A stretch of DNA of 61,840 nucleotides, counting the filler, from Choristocarpus tenellus KU-1152 (Eukaryota > Protista > Phaeophyceae), in the NCBI GenBank assembly GCA_964200185.2. It is 9 parts of 9 records of this genome, joined end to end, with 100 filler letters (N's around TTAATTAATTAA, not from the genome) between each part and the next. Parts side by side here need not be neighbours in the genome. Positions count along the whole stretch, not along the records: positions 1 to 15,580 come from CAXNAD020000970.1; 8 more parts are not named here. One strand, written 5' to 3'. The translations under genes were made by a program, and so were the position numbers. The stretch's first letter is position 1; every line of letters starts with the position of its first letter. Under the pieces are notes generated by a model that searched no databases, was not told the DNA's origin, and saw nothing but the letters and a program-made list of their open reading frames with translations. Positions 1-14,000 of the stretch are shown piece by piece.

Positions 1-144
1 GGAGGGGGGGGGGGGGGGTGGGGGGGGGGGTGGGGGGGGGGGGGGGGGGGGGGGGGGGCTTCTTGTGCTAAGTCTACCAAGCCCCTTGGTACTAGCAGTG
101 AAGTGAGTATATTTAAATCTCTTTCCCGGCAGGACTATTCCATG

Positions 145-195
145 CATGTTGATTAACAATACATGTTGATTAACAATACATGTTGATTAACAATA
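145..195. repeat. 17-bp tandem repeat x3 (CATGTTGATTAACAATA)
   Basis: Three direct adjacent copies. Confidence 0.9.
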
Positions 196-220
196 CTTGA
201 TCCTTCTAAACCCTGCTCAC

Positions 221-653
221 CTCATCTGTCCCGACCAGAGGCAAGTTCTGCGCATCAGATGTTGTGAATGTAGTGGGGTCTAAGACTGCAGGAACTGTGA
301 CTTCGGTGTCCATTAGTGTGGCAGCTTGTTCCTTTAGGTCAAACATGTGCCTTGGGCAATGCAGGATAAGGTCGTTTGGGAGAAGTGACCACTTAATGGA
401 CGCCCGCTCCATTAACCGTGAACAACACGGGCATATCCTCACCTTCTGGAAATGCAAGAGAGGAAATTATTGGAGGTAAAACATTTTAGTGTGAGAGATG
501 ACTCGTCAAAGAACATACACTGACAACAGGGGCTACAACAATACCATCAACCATTGGGAACCCAGCCAAAAACCTTTGTGTGTGTACAGAGTGTGTGCCA
601 ACAGAGTGTGTGTGTACAGAGTAAGAGGCGAAGTAGAAAAGATTATCATTATT

Positions 654-685
<32 letters not shown>

Positions 686-3600
686 TATCATCATCATCAT
701 CATCCACATCAAGCCTACGGGACTTACCCGTGGCTCCAACTGAAGGTCCTTCTGAATTGCATCGCTCAAGCTGTCAACCTGTGTAGAGACTGACTCTAAG
801 TCTAGTTTAACTTGATGAATAACCTCGGATTCTTCCTCCTCCTTGAAAAAAATCGGCATGTTCTCCCCATCCTTACAGCCTCCTACACACTTGTATGCCG
901 TCTATGAGTAGAATGGCATGGTAGAGTAGGGTAGGGTAGGGTAGGGTAGGGTAGGGTATGGTATAGTATAGTATGGTATAGTATAGTATGATATGGTATA
1001 GTATGGTATAGTATAGTATGGTATAGTATAGTATGGTATAGTATGGTATGGTATAGTATAGTATGGTATGGTATAGTAAGGTAGAAGCATCGTGCAGTGT
1101 CGTGTGGATGCAAGTACACCTGCGGACCAAGTCTACAAGGGTTAGAACCATTATATGACATATTATGACATATCCATCTCCTGTACAACATGAGCCTTTT
1201 CAAATATTTCTTTTTCTCATCCAGTGTGTGCCTCCAGACCAGACTCCAGGAGTGACTTCTTGGTATGAAGGAGACCTATACCTCAAGGCAGGAAAGACAA
1301 CTGGTAGCCATGCCAAGGTTTATCAAATGCAATACATTACCTCTCTCTCTATCTATCTATCTCACCTCTATCTTTCCTCTAAGCTGCTGTGTTGGTCCTG
1401 CAGTAGTACCCAATTGTTGCTCCTCCTTCGCCACTGTTGCCAAGAGATAATACAAAAATTCCTGTGCATCTTCCCAGGCATCTTCCTCATGGCCTTGTCC
1501 AAACCCTGGTCGGTTGGAGTCAGTACAACCACCACTGTCATACAAACAAAAAAATGTCCAGGGGATGCATGTGTTTGTGTTTGTGTGTGTGTGTGTGTGC
1601 GTGTGTGTGTGTGTAGATGTGTGTAGGTGTGCAAGCATCATCAATGTAGAGGATGTAACTACAGAGATGTAGTTGCTTGTATGTAAACATTGAATGGTCT
1701 CATAGAGAGTCCTTTTGAGTACACCAGGGAAGGGAGGTGAATGGTAATTGCCAGTGCCGATGCCGATAATTGTGTCATTGTGTCATTCGAAGATGTCCAC
1801 ATATAAAAAAGAAGTATGAGATGGGGAGAGTAGACATGTTTCAAAATCCCACAACTCTTGTAGATCTACAGTGGACAACATTTGAAAGTACACGGGATAG
1901 GCACATAGGCACATAGGCAGATAGACCCTCCACTTGATGCTAGGCCTGATTCAATGTACTCGAAGCAAGAACAGCTAATATCTCCTTTAGCCATCCCTGA
2001 CTTTTCCCAGAGTGCAATTGTGTAGAGGGATGAGCACTGTCCTGTTTTTCTAATGAAATTTCCTCAAGAATTGTCTCAAGAGTTACAGAATTGCGATAGA
2101 GACTGTTCGACTGACATACAGCATATTGCTACAAATTGACAGGAATGGGTCATGCATATTGTGGAAGAAATGTAATATTGGGAGGCTGTTGTAGGAAGGA
2201 CATCTTAAATATTAAGGGTTTCTCCTTGGTGTGGCTCACATCAACAAGAGAGGACAAACACTATACAAAAACAGTACAGGATGGCAATGCTTGGTATTGA
2301 CAATCTTGGTATTCTCTTCTAGGTCTCTAGTGGACTACCTCACCTGCTTTGTGCAAGACATGGATTGTACATGATTGAATGAAGCTGGAAACAGCAATTG
2401 AAATGAGAGCCAAAAACTGACAAGAACTGTCTACGGATTGCACACTAGGATGAACAGTCAGATCTACACGGGGGAGTTCCAAGGGGAGGGATGTAACCAT
2501 TGCTCACAGTTGATAGATGATTCATCATAGATCACTAAGATGAGGGCTGAGATCTTTCAGGTTGGGAACTCACCTATTCACACTCTCCAGGATCTTTGAT
2601 ACACCAATAGTCCCTGAATGTCCTCGAGAAAGGGAGAAGTGCAGTAGGTGCTGGTAAGACAGGTCACCTTAGGAAAAGGGTTAGGGGGTGTGGAGGTTAA
2701 TCTTTTAAAAATCGATTCGTGAGAGAACATACGGATTTGATTATTTTGAATAAGAATTTGAATATGAATATGAATATGAGACAAATACAGTTGCAGAGGA
2801 ATAGCAAGTGCTACTTGGCGATGGCATGTCATGTGTGAAATGTTTGGGAACAGTTGGAGCCCCTGTTTCTATTTTCAGTGCAAAAGAAGCACTGCAATAA
2901 GACGAAGAAGAAGAAGCAATAGCTATTACAGTGTTTTTGCAACAAGAAGAAGCGGTGATACTTGTATTGTGGTATTGTGGTATAGTACAGTGGTGCAGTA
3001 CTTTTTAGCTGAAAGACACCCAACCACAAGTTTGGCCCTGGATTCAAGAGGGTCAGAAAGATAACATGTACTCTAAGTAGAACATGATCAAGTGCCACAA
3101 CAGTTGGGACACATTGACTACTGCCCTCCTTGCCATGAAGAATAGATAAGGCCTAGTGGTCTATACTAGTGATCATAATGATGCAGCTAAAATGATAGCT
3201 GACTGGCAGAATACTGCATCAGTCTGTTCACCTTCACTCTCAATGAAGGTGCCCTGCTTGTTGGGTGGTGTTTATATATACAACTGACTTACCTCTAATT
3301 CCATACATATATTTTAGGGATTACACCTCCCAGGGATTGAACTTCGAATTTGAGGTGTAACCTTCCAATTGCACATCTCCAACCAAATCAAGAGAGTCAG
3401 TCAATCGATCCATCATACACAGTCAAACCATGATACAGAGACCTTCAATCGCACCTGTGCTAGCAACAGTTATGGATACACCAATGGAGGCGTCACTTTC
3501 AGATCACAACAACGTACCTCTCTGAGGCTGCAGCATGGATCGCACAACATCTTTCCTACGAAGGGTAGCATTGAAGTTTGCCAGTGACGCTATGGCCTGA

Positions 3601-4014
3601 ACATACAGACCCAGACCACCAGTTGGTGAGAACATGAGCAGGGCGGCGCTGGTCAGACCCCGGAACATCAACATACAAGACTCTAGACATGAACCTCACC
3701 TTCAACATACAAGACTCTAGACATGAACTTCACCTTCAACGTATAAGACTCTAGACATGAACTTCACCTTCAACATACAAGACTCTAGACATGACCTTCA
3801 CCTGTTACGCAATTATTACAATCAAGACCATCACTTGGTCTGGTACTGAACACTCTGTCTCAACTACTGAATGATGTGCCCCTCCCCCGTTTCTATCCCA
3901 TCCGCCCCTTCTGCACTAAAATGTAACCCCTGAATTGCCTGGATGGTGCTGCAAGCATAGCAGTCTGTGTCCTTGGGGTTCCTGAGTCCCTTCTGCACCT
4001 CTGGGTCAATATAC
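221..4014 (-). CDS. Ubiquitin-specific protease (peptidase C19/USP), multi-exon and partial (His box not seen)
   Basis: Exons read on the minus strand: ~4014-3939 YIDPEVQKGLRNPKDTDCYACSTIQ (Cys box); 3596-3518 AIASLANFNATLRR; ~2622-2574 GHSGTIGVSKILESVN; 1534-1366 ...FGQGHEEDAWEDAQEFLYYLL (Gln/Asp box); 901-728 TAYKCVGGC...SLSDAIQKDLQLEPR; 445-221 KVRICPCC...WSLLPNDLILH...VTVPAVLDP. Motif order matches USP domains and the checked splice phases are consistent. An exon between 1366 and 901 is unresolved. Confidence 0.8.
643..703. repeat. (ATC)n microsatellite, intronic
   Basis: Read directly; source of the spurious poly-H/I/D/M ORFs. Confidence 0.95.
920..1077. repeat. Compound pentanucleotide microsatellite (GGTAG)n(TAGTA/TGGTA)n
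   Basis: Read directly. Confidence 0.95.
1569..1625. repeat. (GT)n microsatellite
   Basis: Read directly. Confidence 0.9.
3669..3803. repeat. 34-bp minisatellite x4 (CAACATACAAGACTCTAGACATGAACYTCACCTT) in USP intron
   Basis: Four head-to-tail copies with no spacers. Confidence 0.9.
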
Positions 4015-7000
4015 CTGCTAGAACAGAGTCGGTTGGCTAATTCAAAGATAATTCAAAGATAATTCAAAGATAATTCAAAGCCCATCACAATTGGCTAAGA
4101 ACTGTAACCTCTCGGAATTGTTGACAAATTTGCTATGCACCCATCTATCTGGATATCTAGAAGCACACACAGGAGCGGGTCCCAAATGTTCCTTGCAGAA
4201 GCAGGCATCTGCAAATCGTCCCCTTTAGGTTGATCTAAAATTACATAATTGGGCATCACTTGAACCTCCTTCTAAAACATACCAAAGACTGTTGCACCCT
4301 CTACTTACACCAATACTGAAAATGAAGTAGGCTAAATAAATACTCTCAAATCTTACCATAGATGACCACCCGGGCCCTGAGGGGTGGACGGGGACCTTAC
4401 TGAGCTGACAGCAGGTTGTATATTTGATGGGGATTCTGAAAAAAGAGAAGAAAACATCACAGGTGACCAGACAACAATACAGCACAGGTGAGTGAAGATA
4501 GTCATCACGTCTAGTTTGAGACAAGTACAATTTACATAGCACACACCGAACCAACACAGCCGTGCATAATGTCCTAACCTTCTTGTGAAGCGCTACACAG
4601 CATGTCTACTCACAGTCTGAACATAAGCACGTCCTTTCTAAGGGTTAGGGTTGAAGTGCCGGTGTATTGCAAATGGAAGAAGTGTGATGCATCTTGCATG
4701 CTGCATCTTGCATGCTGCATCTTGTATGTTGAAGTGATCTTTGAACAAACAAAAACAAGTGCCAGATCAGGAGAGGGATTCAACACCCAAACATTAGTGT
4801 ACATTATTAATTATTATACTACTATTTATTACATCATGTTTTATTATATTATTATTTATTATATTATTTTTATCACATCACTTGGTCGTTTGTGTGGGAG
4901 ATATCAAACTTACGATCGAAAAGTGGGGAATATACATTACTACTTTTTGACAACTTCAAAAAGGTAACTAGGAACATAAAAGAAAAGAAAACAACAGTAA
5001 TAGTAATAGTGATAGTAATAGTGATAGTAATTGTAACAGTAATTGTGATAAAGGGAGTAAAAAATAGGAAGAGAAAAAAGGAAACAGAAAAAATAACATG
5101 AAAAACACATTTTAAATATTTAGAAAACGCTGTACTACTTCCAAAAAAGAAAAAGAGTGCAAGAAAAAGATCTTATTCCACCAATCTGTTATCTGTTACT
5201 GTCTGATTCATGTACTTTTATCAGGGGATTCAAGCAATACATGGAAAGCAGGCAGGTGTTTGGTGTATACAGCATGCTCACTCAAATTTAGAATCCACTG
5301 GGTGAGAACCTAACATAAATTGGCCCATACACAGAGAATAGTGAAAAATGCTCTGAACTGCCAAAACACACCCCCTCCATTGAAAGGATGCTATCCTTAC
5401 CTATCTGTACATGATCTCTTTTGTTCTGTCTTTGATGCCCATGTATCGTTCTGGTCTTTCCTTTCTTCTTTTTGTGCCCCTGGGGTCTTCCATTTCGCTT
5501 CTTTTTCACCTTTGCTCCTGGTACCAGTACCTCACTAGAACAGTTCGCATTGAAAAGTAACCTCTGTTGTCAGGCAAGGGGCAACGGGGAACAGATGAGA
5601 AGAGGTGAGTTGCCCCATCACAGACAGGTCCAGTATTTGGTGGAGAAGACTCAACACAGTTGGGGCTACAACATCTGGCTCACAGGATGAAAGGGGCAAA
5701 TCAACCAAACCAGGCCCCGAGAAAGCAATAATAGGTCTACAATGCAGCAGCCCTCCGCAGCAATGAATCACACACTAAGTTTCTTTCAAAAACTGTGAGT
5801 TCTGGTCTCTGCCTACAATACACTGTCAAGAATATAGAAGTGCCCTTTGAAGAGTTGTCCAAAGACCACGTATGTTTTTATTGTAACTGGAGAAGTCCAC
5901 ATTATCAGGTCCACATCATCAAGTTCACATCATCTAGAGCATAAAAAAGACATGCAACGAAATGCTGAAATATACCTGTACCTGCTGTCTCCATGTAAGC
6001 ATCCACCGGAGCACAAGGAAACTTCCTATAGCCAAAACACCCACCAGAATAACCATCACTGAAAGATGAGCCTAAGCTTCAATCAGGTACTCAAATTCGT
6101 ATTTTTGGCCTGTGGGATGCCCGTCCACCGCTTGGTCGTTCTCACACATGCCGAGCAATTATAAACTGTGAGGAAGGCCTTATTTGATTAAGGAACAGTT
6201 GGAAGCGCTTGGTAAGTACTACAAGTAGCAACCACGAGAAGTTGGAGGTACAAATCTCAAGAATCGACCATGGGAGTGGGCAAAAATCGTTCCCACTCCT
6301 GCCCTTTTGCTCAGCAAATATTAGTGTACTATGTTTCAATGTCCTTCAAACCGCTTGGTCGCACGCGCGGCCAAGTGACCAAGGCAGCCTCGGCAGACAC
6401 TGCTCATCACCATTTCGTCCGAGTTGACTTTACACTTAATTTACGTAGGATCAGGGGGGCCCGTAACCAGGATACCCGTTCGTGGTTAACAACAATACGA
6501 GAGGTGTGTGCCGAGACCTCCCGCTCGGCGAGTTTTTATTTAGTGAAAGTGTGAATGCATTTGCATGCATTGAACAGGGTTTACCACGGATGCGATTTTC
6601 CGATCTTACGGAGAGGTTTCACATTCCCATGGCATCCTTATCCACCATCATACAGAGTAAATCGTTGATCGCTCACTCGCAAATGATCCCTCATTCTCCT
6701 CCAAAAATGTCCAATAGGACTGGAGTCACGCAATGAAAGGACAACGTTACTATTGGACACTGCATGTTTGTACAAGGCTCCTTCTTTCAGTCTTTGATAG
6801 CAAGGACTCTAGTAATCGCATGTTTCCTTCAACTTGATATACACATCAGATTTCTAACTGGAATATGGGACATGTCCTTGACTTGCCCCGTTTCGCCCAG
6901 TCCACAGTAAAAGAGTACTCTAGATTAGATTTTTGAGGTCTAATTTTCTATATATATCTCGTATCCCACTACTCAACCAACCATTTGAAGTCGCAGAAAA

Positions 7001-7301
7001 CACAGTTTTCAATTGAATATGGTTGGCTGAGTGGAGTCAGGACGCTCAGATCACTTCGAGGATCGGTGATCGATAAGGTTCTACGGAATATGATAGGGTA
7101 TCACACCTTCCACAACGCCCGTCCACCCTCTCTGCCTTGTCACATTAGTATAGTAGTAGTAATCAAAAATGATATGGATCGGATGGTACGATCGTAAATA
7201 TCCCGTGTGCATCCCGTAATTCAAATACACACCCATGTTTGTAATCTACATCCAACACTCGATTCCTGTTGGCGATCTGATCTCTTGCATGTTAACAGAG
7301 G

Positions 7302-10300
7302 ATGAACAACTTTTTACGAGCATTGCGTGGGGTGCCGGTTGTTGTGAATAAATGCCGCACGATATGCACCATTCGAGTGTCAGAGGGGTTGGTGCTGCCC
7401 AGCCTGTATAGAACATCGGTTGTGAGTCCTTCCAAATCTCACATAAACCCACCGCACTTCACGGGACAACGGAGACTTTCAAACCTCAGCGAAGATGAGA
7501 TCCGGCGGAGAATGGATGATTTCAACGACCTCTTTGTAACTGTAAGTTGAGTATTTAAGTTGATATTTTCTCTTGACGATAGATACCCAAACTGAACCAC
7601 CAGAACTTTTGTCATCAGGCTACTCCTTCGAAGCCTGACCCTTACCACCTCTCTGTTCTCCCCACGTCATCGCTACACCGCAAGGCCCGAGAAGAGATCG
7701 ATTTTGCCAGTGAAAGTAGAGAGACGACATATTTCAATGAGGAGGCAGATGCTGCAAAGGAGGCAGTGGAAGGTTGGTCTGTCGGATCTGCAAATTGAAG
7801 TTGTGATTAGTCGACAACACACGCTCGTCCGTAGATATCTCAATTTGATATTGGCTTTGCAAAGCGTTTTGATTTCGATAAACATAAGTGACGCTCATCG
7901 GTGCCTAAAATAACCTCGAGATACTCTTTGCCATCTGGAAGCAGCTATTGCATCAATTGCTAAGAAAATGAGAATGAGAGTGTGAGTCCATGAACACATG
8001 CAAACTCTTCTTTCTTTGCTGTGCCGTTTCTTCCCTGCATGCATTGTACCCTTGCATTGTTTGCATCCTTGCATTGTTTGGGGGGTCTAAAACAGCATTG
8101 TCATGTAATCTGTGGTTCACGAATTCCACAAACTCCGACCCTCTAGCTGGGTGCAGTCCGTGAAATCCCCACCCCAAGGCTTTTTTTCGCGTTAAGAGAT
8201 TAATACCGGATGCAGCTTTTTCTCTATGTTGCGCAACATGAATACCAATGCAATTTTAGCCCTAATACAGCGTGTGTTTGCGATGTTTCCCTGTCCGTTC
8301 ATCATCGGTATTGTTGCTAGCACTGTTGTGCGTTTTCTTGTCTAAAGGATTATATCGTTGTGTTTACTTGTTGCGCTGACTACATAATGTTCCTTTTTGT
8401 ACTGACCAGCACATGGAGCATTGCCCAACTCAGATTTCCTGAGGTCTACTTGGGTTGCAAAAACTGCTTCGTGACCTCCTTTGTCTCTTTGTGGCTTGCT
8501 TGTGCAACCCTTGGTAGAGTGTGCTTGCAAACTATTCTGTGATTGAAGATCGTGTAGGAGACTTTTTATTGGGAAAAAAAAAAATGTTATGTAGAATAGA
8601 ACAGGAGATGACCATTGGCTGGTGGGTTTTGATATAGCAATAATTTGATTGGAAGATGAGTTCAGGAAGAGGTGTTTTGTGACTATTGATCATTCAGTCG
8701 ATGAATCAGTGACGAGCAATCAAAGGGTTGGTGGTGTGGTAGACTGGGTATTGAGTGATTGCTCAAACTGAGCCCCACCTTGTTGAGTGTTATCTCACCC
8801 CTTCTCTTCCCAATGTCATCCACCCCACAAGAAAATCATTGCCATGTTTCACTATCCAAGTATGGGGGCACAAGAGGTTCTTCAACGAACCCTTTTTTTG
8901 TGTCAAAACTTTGCGTGGTCAAGTAAGTACACATTTATCTCTTCTTGTGTGTTGCCTACCACTCTGCGCTGTCAATAAGTGTGTCGCTTTATGTTCTGTT
9001 GCTTTATGAGGATGCAATAATAATGCCACCCCCTATTTGGAGACGGCAACATCACTAACCAGAACATACAGTCAATACTGCTCCCCTCACAATGCTGCTT
9101 GTTCCTCGAATCAATTTCCATAAATGACAAGAACAGAGGCAGTGAACATGTTTGAGGGGTTCTTGGCCGAGGTGGATGAAGATAAGCGGCAGGAGATCAT
9201 GCGAGGAAGGTGGGTGCAGTGCAATGTTTGGAATGTTTCACACCGATGAGACAAAACAACAGGAGGGGGGGGGGGGGATCCCTGTTTCATTCCAGTTTTT
9301 TTCATTCCAGTGTCAAATGGATACCTGAAACAAGGAATGAACTTGGTGATGCCGTATACCATTCACCCCTAACGCTTTCTGCTTGTTAAGACCTGAGTTT
9401 TGGCGGCAAAATTGATTCAAGGCTGTGTTCAAAGTGTCCAGAACATTTTCGTTTTATTTTTGGCAGTTACACTTCTGACGAAAGGACATGTTTTTAATGA
9501 AAGAATGGAAAAATGTCTCAGAATGAGGCTCCAAGCGGTATAGGCACGCTAACACATGAGTCACTATTTGTATATTCATCCTACATCACTTTGAAGCTCG
9601 TAAGCCAGGAGTTCCAATTTTCAAAGCGTGTTCCTTACGGTGTGTTGAATCCTAGTGTGGTTGCTGTTCGAAGAAGATGCTGACTGTCTATATACATATA
9701 TTGGTATCTATTCTGTTGACCCCTTCCATCAGACCTGTTAATCATCCACTTTGGTTTTTATCGTCCTGTGACTGAAGTATCTCTAATTCTGAACTGGATA
9801 TAGCGGACACACATAGTTTTATAAGCATGTTTGAAGGCCAATATTATCCTCTTGACTTTGTGAAGGTTTGTCACTATCTGTGAGTTATCACCAGTGCATA
9901 TGTTATGGGATGTCATCAGCGGTAGGGACTGGATAGGCAGTAGTAGAGGAAAGTAGCCTTGGGTGAAAGAAAGGAGTGATTAGATTTAGGCAATTTGATC
10001 TTGATTTCAATGGGTGGGGAGATTCGCTTTGCAGATGTATGGAAGTGCATCTGGGAGTGGAGTGTGGTCTAGCATAGGTGGGTGGTTCATGGGTCGTAAA
10101 TTCAACTGATGGCAATCAAAGTGATGATAGAATCACACTAAGAGGATGCCTCAAAGATATTCAGTGGAGATCGTTCTGGGGAGTACATTTCCCCTACAGT
10201 GTCAGTTGTGATACAGGAACAATTCACAAATCACAGCTTAACATCCTATACCTCCCTTTTTAGACCACTTGCTTCCTCCCAATGTGTTTGTCTTCCTTTT

Positions 10301-10585
10301 CTACTACTTTTTTTTATAGTGGTCCTTACTAATCTGATCCGTGTTTCCACTTGACTAGCCAATCTTGCCTGATAAAGAGGAGGGAGGCCCACAATCCACA
10401 CAGATGTTTCCCGGCCCCATTGCACATCTTCTTGCACTCCCCTTACAACTGCTGAAAAAGACATTCTGTACATACATTTTGTTTCCTATTGTGGGATGCC
10501 GATGATCCTAATGCCATGCAGTGGCCTCAAGGTGGAGCAGCTCAAGGCGGAGTTGTCACTACTCTTGGAGGCTGACGATCACTGA
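7302..10585 (+). CDS. Mitochondrial-type 'embryogenesis-like/LEA-like' small protein (At1g71730-like), complete with 4 exons
   Basis: Exons 7302-7541, 7685-7772, 9137-9209 and 10522-10585 have GT-AG ends and matching phases (0,1,2). Product: MNNFLRALRG...LSEDEIRRRMDDFNDLFVT-AREEIDFASESRETTYFNEEADAAKEAVEE-AVNMFEGFLAEVDEDKRQEIMRGS-GLKVEQLKAELSLLLEADDH*. The N-terminus is basic and presequence-like; TxYFNEE and GLKxEQLKAEL are family motifs. Confidence 0.88.
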
Positions 10586-11014
10586 GGGGACTGTCCTTCT
10601 TACCATGGTAGCAATGAATTGTTGTAAAGAATTTTCACACACCTGGGCACATTGAATACTATCGATAACAGATTCAAACGGTGTATCGGGTGTTTGAAGG
10701 GGGTGGCTACAGGTTTGGCTACAGGTTTGGCTACAGGTGTGCCCCTCTGTGCTTTTGTCTTCCTGTTGTGTAATTGTAGCTGATACCGCCCGTCGCTAAC
10801 CCTAACCCTACATTGGTACCATTTCCTGAAATTCAGAGCAGTACTCAAGTATTTGGGCTGTTGCGTGTGCATACCTCTCTGGTGAAGCCAGCAATAGGGT
10901 TAGTCTCCTCAAATCCGTGGTACAATTCGTTATCGTAGACTAACCATAGTACATGGTACTAATGGTACATGGTACACTTGTTGGCAGCTAGTGTGGTGAA
11001 GGATAAGCCGTATG

Positions 11015-14000
11015 TCATTCCATGTAGTCCTCGCCATCACCATCCTCATTGGTCAAGTGTGGAGTTGAATCACTGTGGTTGAGGACAGTCAGGCAGGAAG
11101 ATCGAATCTCCTCTGCCTTGGTTTTGTTCATCCGACCAGCCTCCTCCATGGCATTTACAAGTTTCAGGGATGCTTCGGCAATGCATGGCCAGTCTGCCTC
11201 ATTGGTCATCTGAGAGAGATAAACAGTGCAGGATTCTATCAGTGTTATTTTCAGTCAGGGCGGGAGTCATGACAGGTTTGAAAACAATTGCAGTAACAAG
11301 TATGTATGAAGTGTGATTTAGGAGGTAGGGTATGTGAGAATAGTCATCTTGACACAAATGAGATTAGAGTCTCGTTTGAGCTCCACACACCTTAACTGTG
11401 TGCAATACTTCAAGGGGGAAAGGGTAAGTGTGTTGTCATTCCCTGTTGAAACACCCTGGTGTGAACATATCCAGACTGTGCTGCATTTGGGAGTATGTCT
11501 TCCGTAAAGGTCAATGGAAAGGTTGCCATGCTATTTTAATATTGTGTACCTATGCATCGAAATTGACTACCCTAAATTGGCCAAGGCTGGTAGATAAACC
11601 CCAGTCAACATCAATAGAGCTACTGTTACATGGATGAACTGATGCATATGTATGCACACACAGACAATGGACTGCTGAGTCTAATGAAAAGTTCAACCCC
11701 ATCTACTCAAGAAGCTGGTTGTTCTCTTGTACATGTAAGAATAGATCTTGCAAGTGGGAAAAAAATGGCAGCAAGGAGTCTGGATAATCATTGAGTACAG
11801 GCATGTGTCACACAACACAGCTGTTTTAGGGTGACAATATTCCACATTCATATGCCATGCAAGATAGAAACGTGTGTCATTTCTCAGAGACCAGCAGTGA
11901 ATTTTGTATGTGTGATATCATTTTGGGTAGTCATAGATAGGAAAGAGTATGCCATGGGACTCAAATTATTTTGAAATGAAACAGTATGTGTTGCAGTCCA
12001 GTACCAAAAGCCCCTTTGTCTATTACAGAGTCTGATAGAATGTACATGGATAAATCCACCACTACTGTATTGGCACTCCAAACTAGATTTTTTGTGTCAA
12101 GTGTACTTACAACTCCAATGCAGAATGCTTGCCCCACACTACAGTATTCTTCTGACCTTGCCATCCAACGGGTCCTTCAGCATTCCCTCCTCGTCCAGTG
12201 CCTCCACCCCTAGCCTCTGCTCCAAACATTTCCCCCCTTCCCATAGACTGCAGTAACACTCCACTGGATCACACACATTATTGGCTACCGTATCACCAGC
12301 CTGTGCAACAAGCATGTTAGACTGTGGGTTGAGGTTTCTGGCTGGGCGTTCAGGTCTTGGATTGTGAAAAGTTTCAAGTCACCTTTTAGCAGCTGTGGTG
12401 GGCTTGACATCATTCCAAGCAACAATATAATCTTATACTCTGGAGTATTATAATGCATTCAACTCTCCCAACTAGAAACAAGCCCTGGGATCAACATTGA
12501 AGTGTGTTTATAACATCCCAAGCAAGGGGTCTACAGAGTGATTATTTTATGAAGACCCAATAACACCACCATTACAAGATTATGACAACCTATTTTTGTT
12601 GCTTCTCCCAACTTTTATAAAAAAAATCATCCGATCAGGGCATGATAAAGGTCAAGGATACAGTAGTGTTCTTGGAAGACAATACTATGCAATTCCTTCA
12701 CCCACCTTTTGAGGACAAGTTGAAGGTACTCTACTCACCTTCTCAACCCCCTCACTCAGTATATTTCCAGTAAGATGAAATTAACAGACAGCACTGACTG
12801 ATACTACAGTATAATATTCTGCTTAGGTGCCCCTTGCCTACAGGTCCACCAACATAGGACTTGTATATGAGGACATGTACAAAGTGGAAACTCATTCTCA
12901 CATGCCATCAAACCACTCCCCTTCAACAGCTGTACCTGCTCTAGTCTCTTGTGCTCGATGGGAATAACATGAGTATCCTAGGAACCTCAGCCTAATCAAC
13001 TAGTCTTTCGGGCTATCCCCAGAGGAGGACTGAAACCAAGTCAGTGTTTGCCCCTCTTCCCTAACCTCGGGTGAGAAGGCTGATTTGGGTGGGAAGGTCT
13101 GATGTGGACATGCAGCAGCCAGTACTTCCAAGCGGCACCAGGAACGTGACTTGAATCGTTCAAATCCAGCCTGGTCCTTTGCCAAGGCATAGAACCTCCC
13201 GGAGCTTTGTTCATGAGGAATTGCAAGGGGTTGATTAAGACAACCCGGTGATACCACAGGAACATGAGATTTCCGCCTCTCCAGTGGCGGACAAAGCAGC
13301 AGCAAACAATATTTAATGGTAATTGGAAATGCGGTCGATGTTATCATTTCTTATTGCAGTGCATCGATATTGGTGATATACAGGTGTGCTAAACTCTCTC
13401 TCAGTCATGGACAAAGATGTACATCCTTCCGCAGTAGACGACATATGTTTAATATATTTGTTTAAAATGCACCTCATAACAATAAATGGAACAGATCGAC
13501 CAGTAGCCATTTTCTCAGAGGGGTTCGCCAAATTCGCACATAGCACATCCAACCACACAAAGCCAATGGTCGGGGCTGCCTCCAGCACTGCCTTCATGTG
13601 TTTAAGTTTATTATAGCCAGGTGTGTCTGGGTGTGGACCCTCTAGTACCCGGCTGCCGTTCACCTTTTTTGGAGGAGGTAGGTCAAGGTAGGGAAGAAGA
13701 GCATTGAAAGAAGGATTTTTCCCAAATACAAACTGCTCTATTACAGCTTCTGATGTTGGAGAACCTGGGGTTCCCGCAGTTTCATAGAACTCCTGTCTAC
13801 TCATTGGAGGGAATCGGTCCCAACAAATATAGGGTATGTATCAGTAAGAATATAGCAACATCATTGTACAAGTATGCTGTTCAGAGCAGGAGAAAGGTGT
13901 AAAAGAACCTTACCCATGCATTCCATTAAAACACATTTTCAAGCCTCATCGACTCTATTCATTATGCTTTACATGTTCTCAGGTAGTGGAAAATGTTGTC

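Noticed and set aside
1-58. Poly-G run (G-quadruplex candidate)
   Set aside because: It lies at the sequence edge and is probably a homopolymer or sequencing artefact.
486-1203. ORFs with poly-His/Ile/Asp/Met and YHTIL repeats
   Set aside because: These are translations of intronic microsatellites.
3669-3803. 34-bp repeats of CRISPR-repeat length
   Set aside because: They are head-to-tail with no unique spacers, no cas genes are present, and they lie in a eukaryotic intron.
10795-10810. Telomere-like (AACCCT)2, also at ~4640
   Set aside because: Only two units, too short to call a telomere or telomere-associated element.
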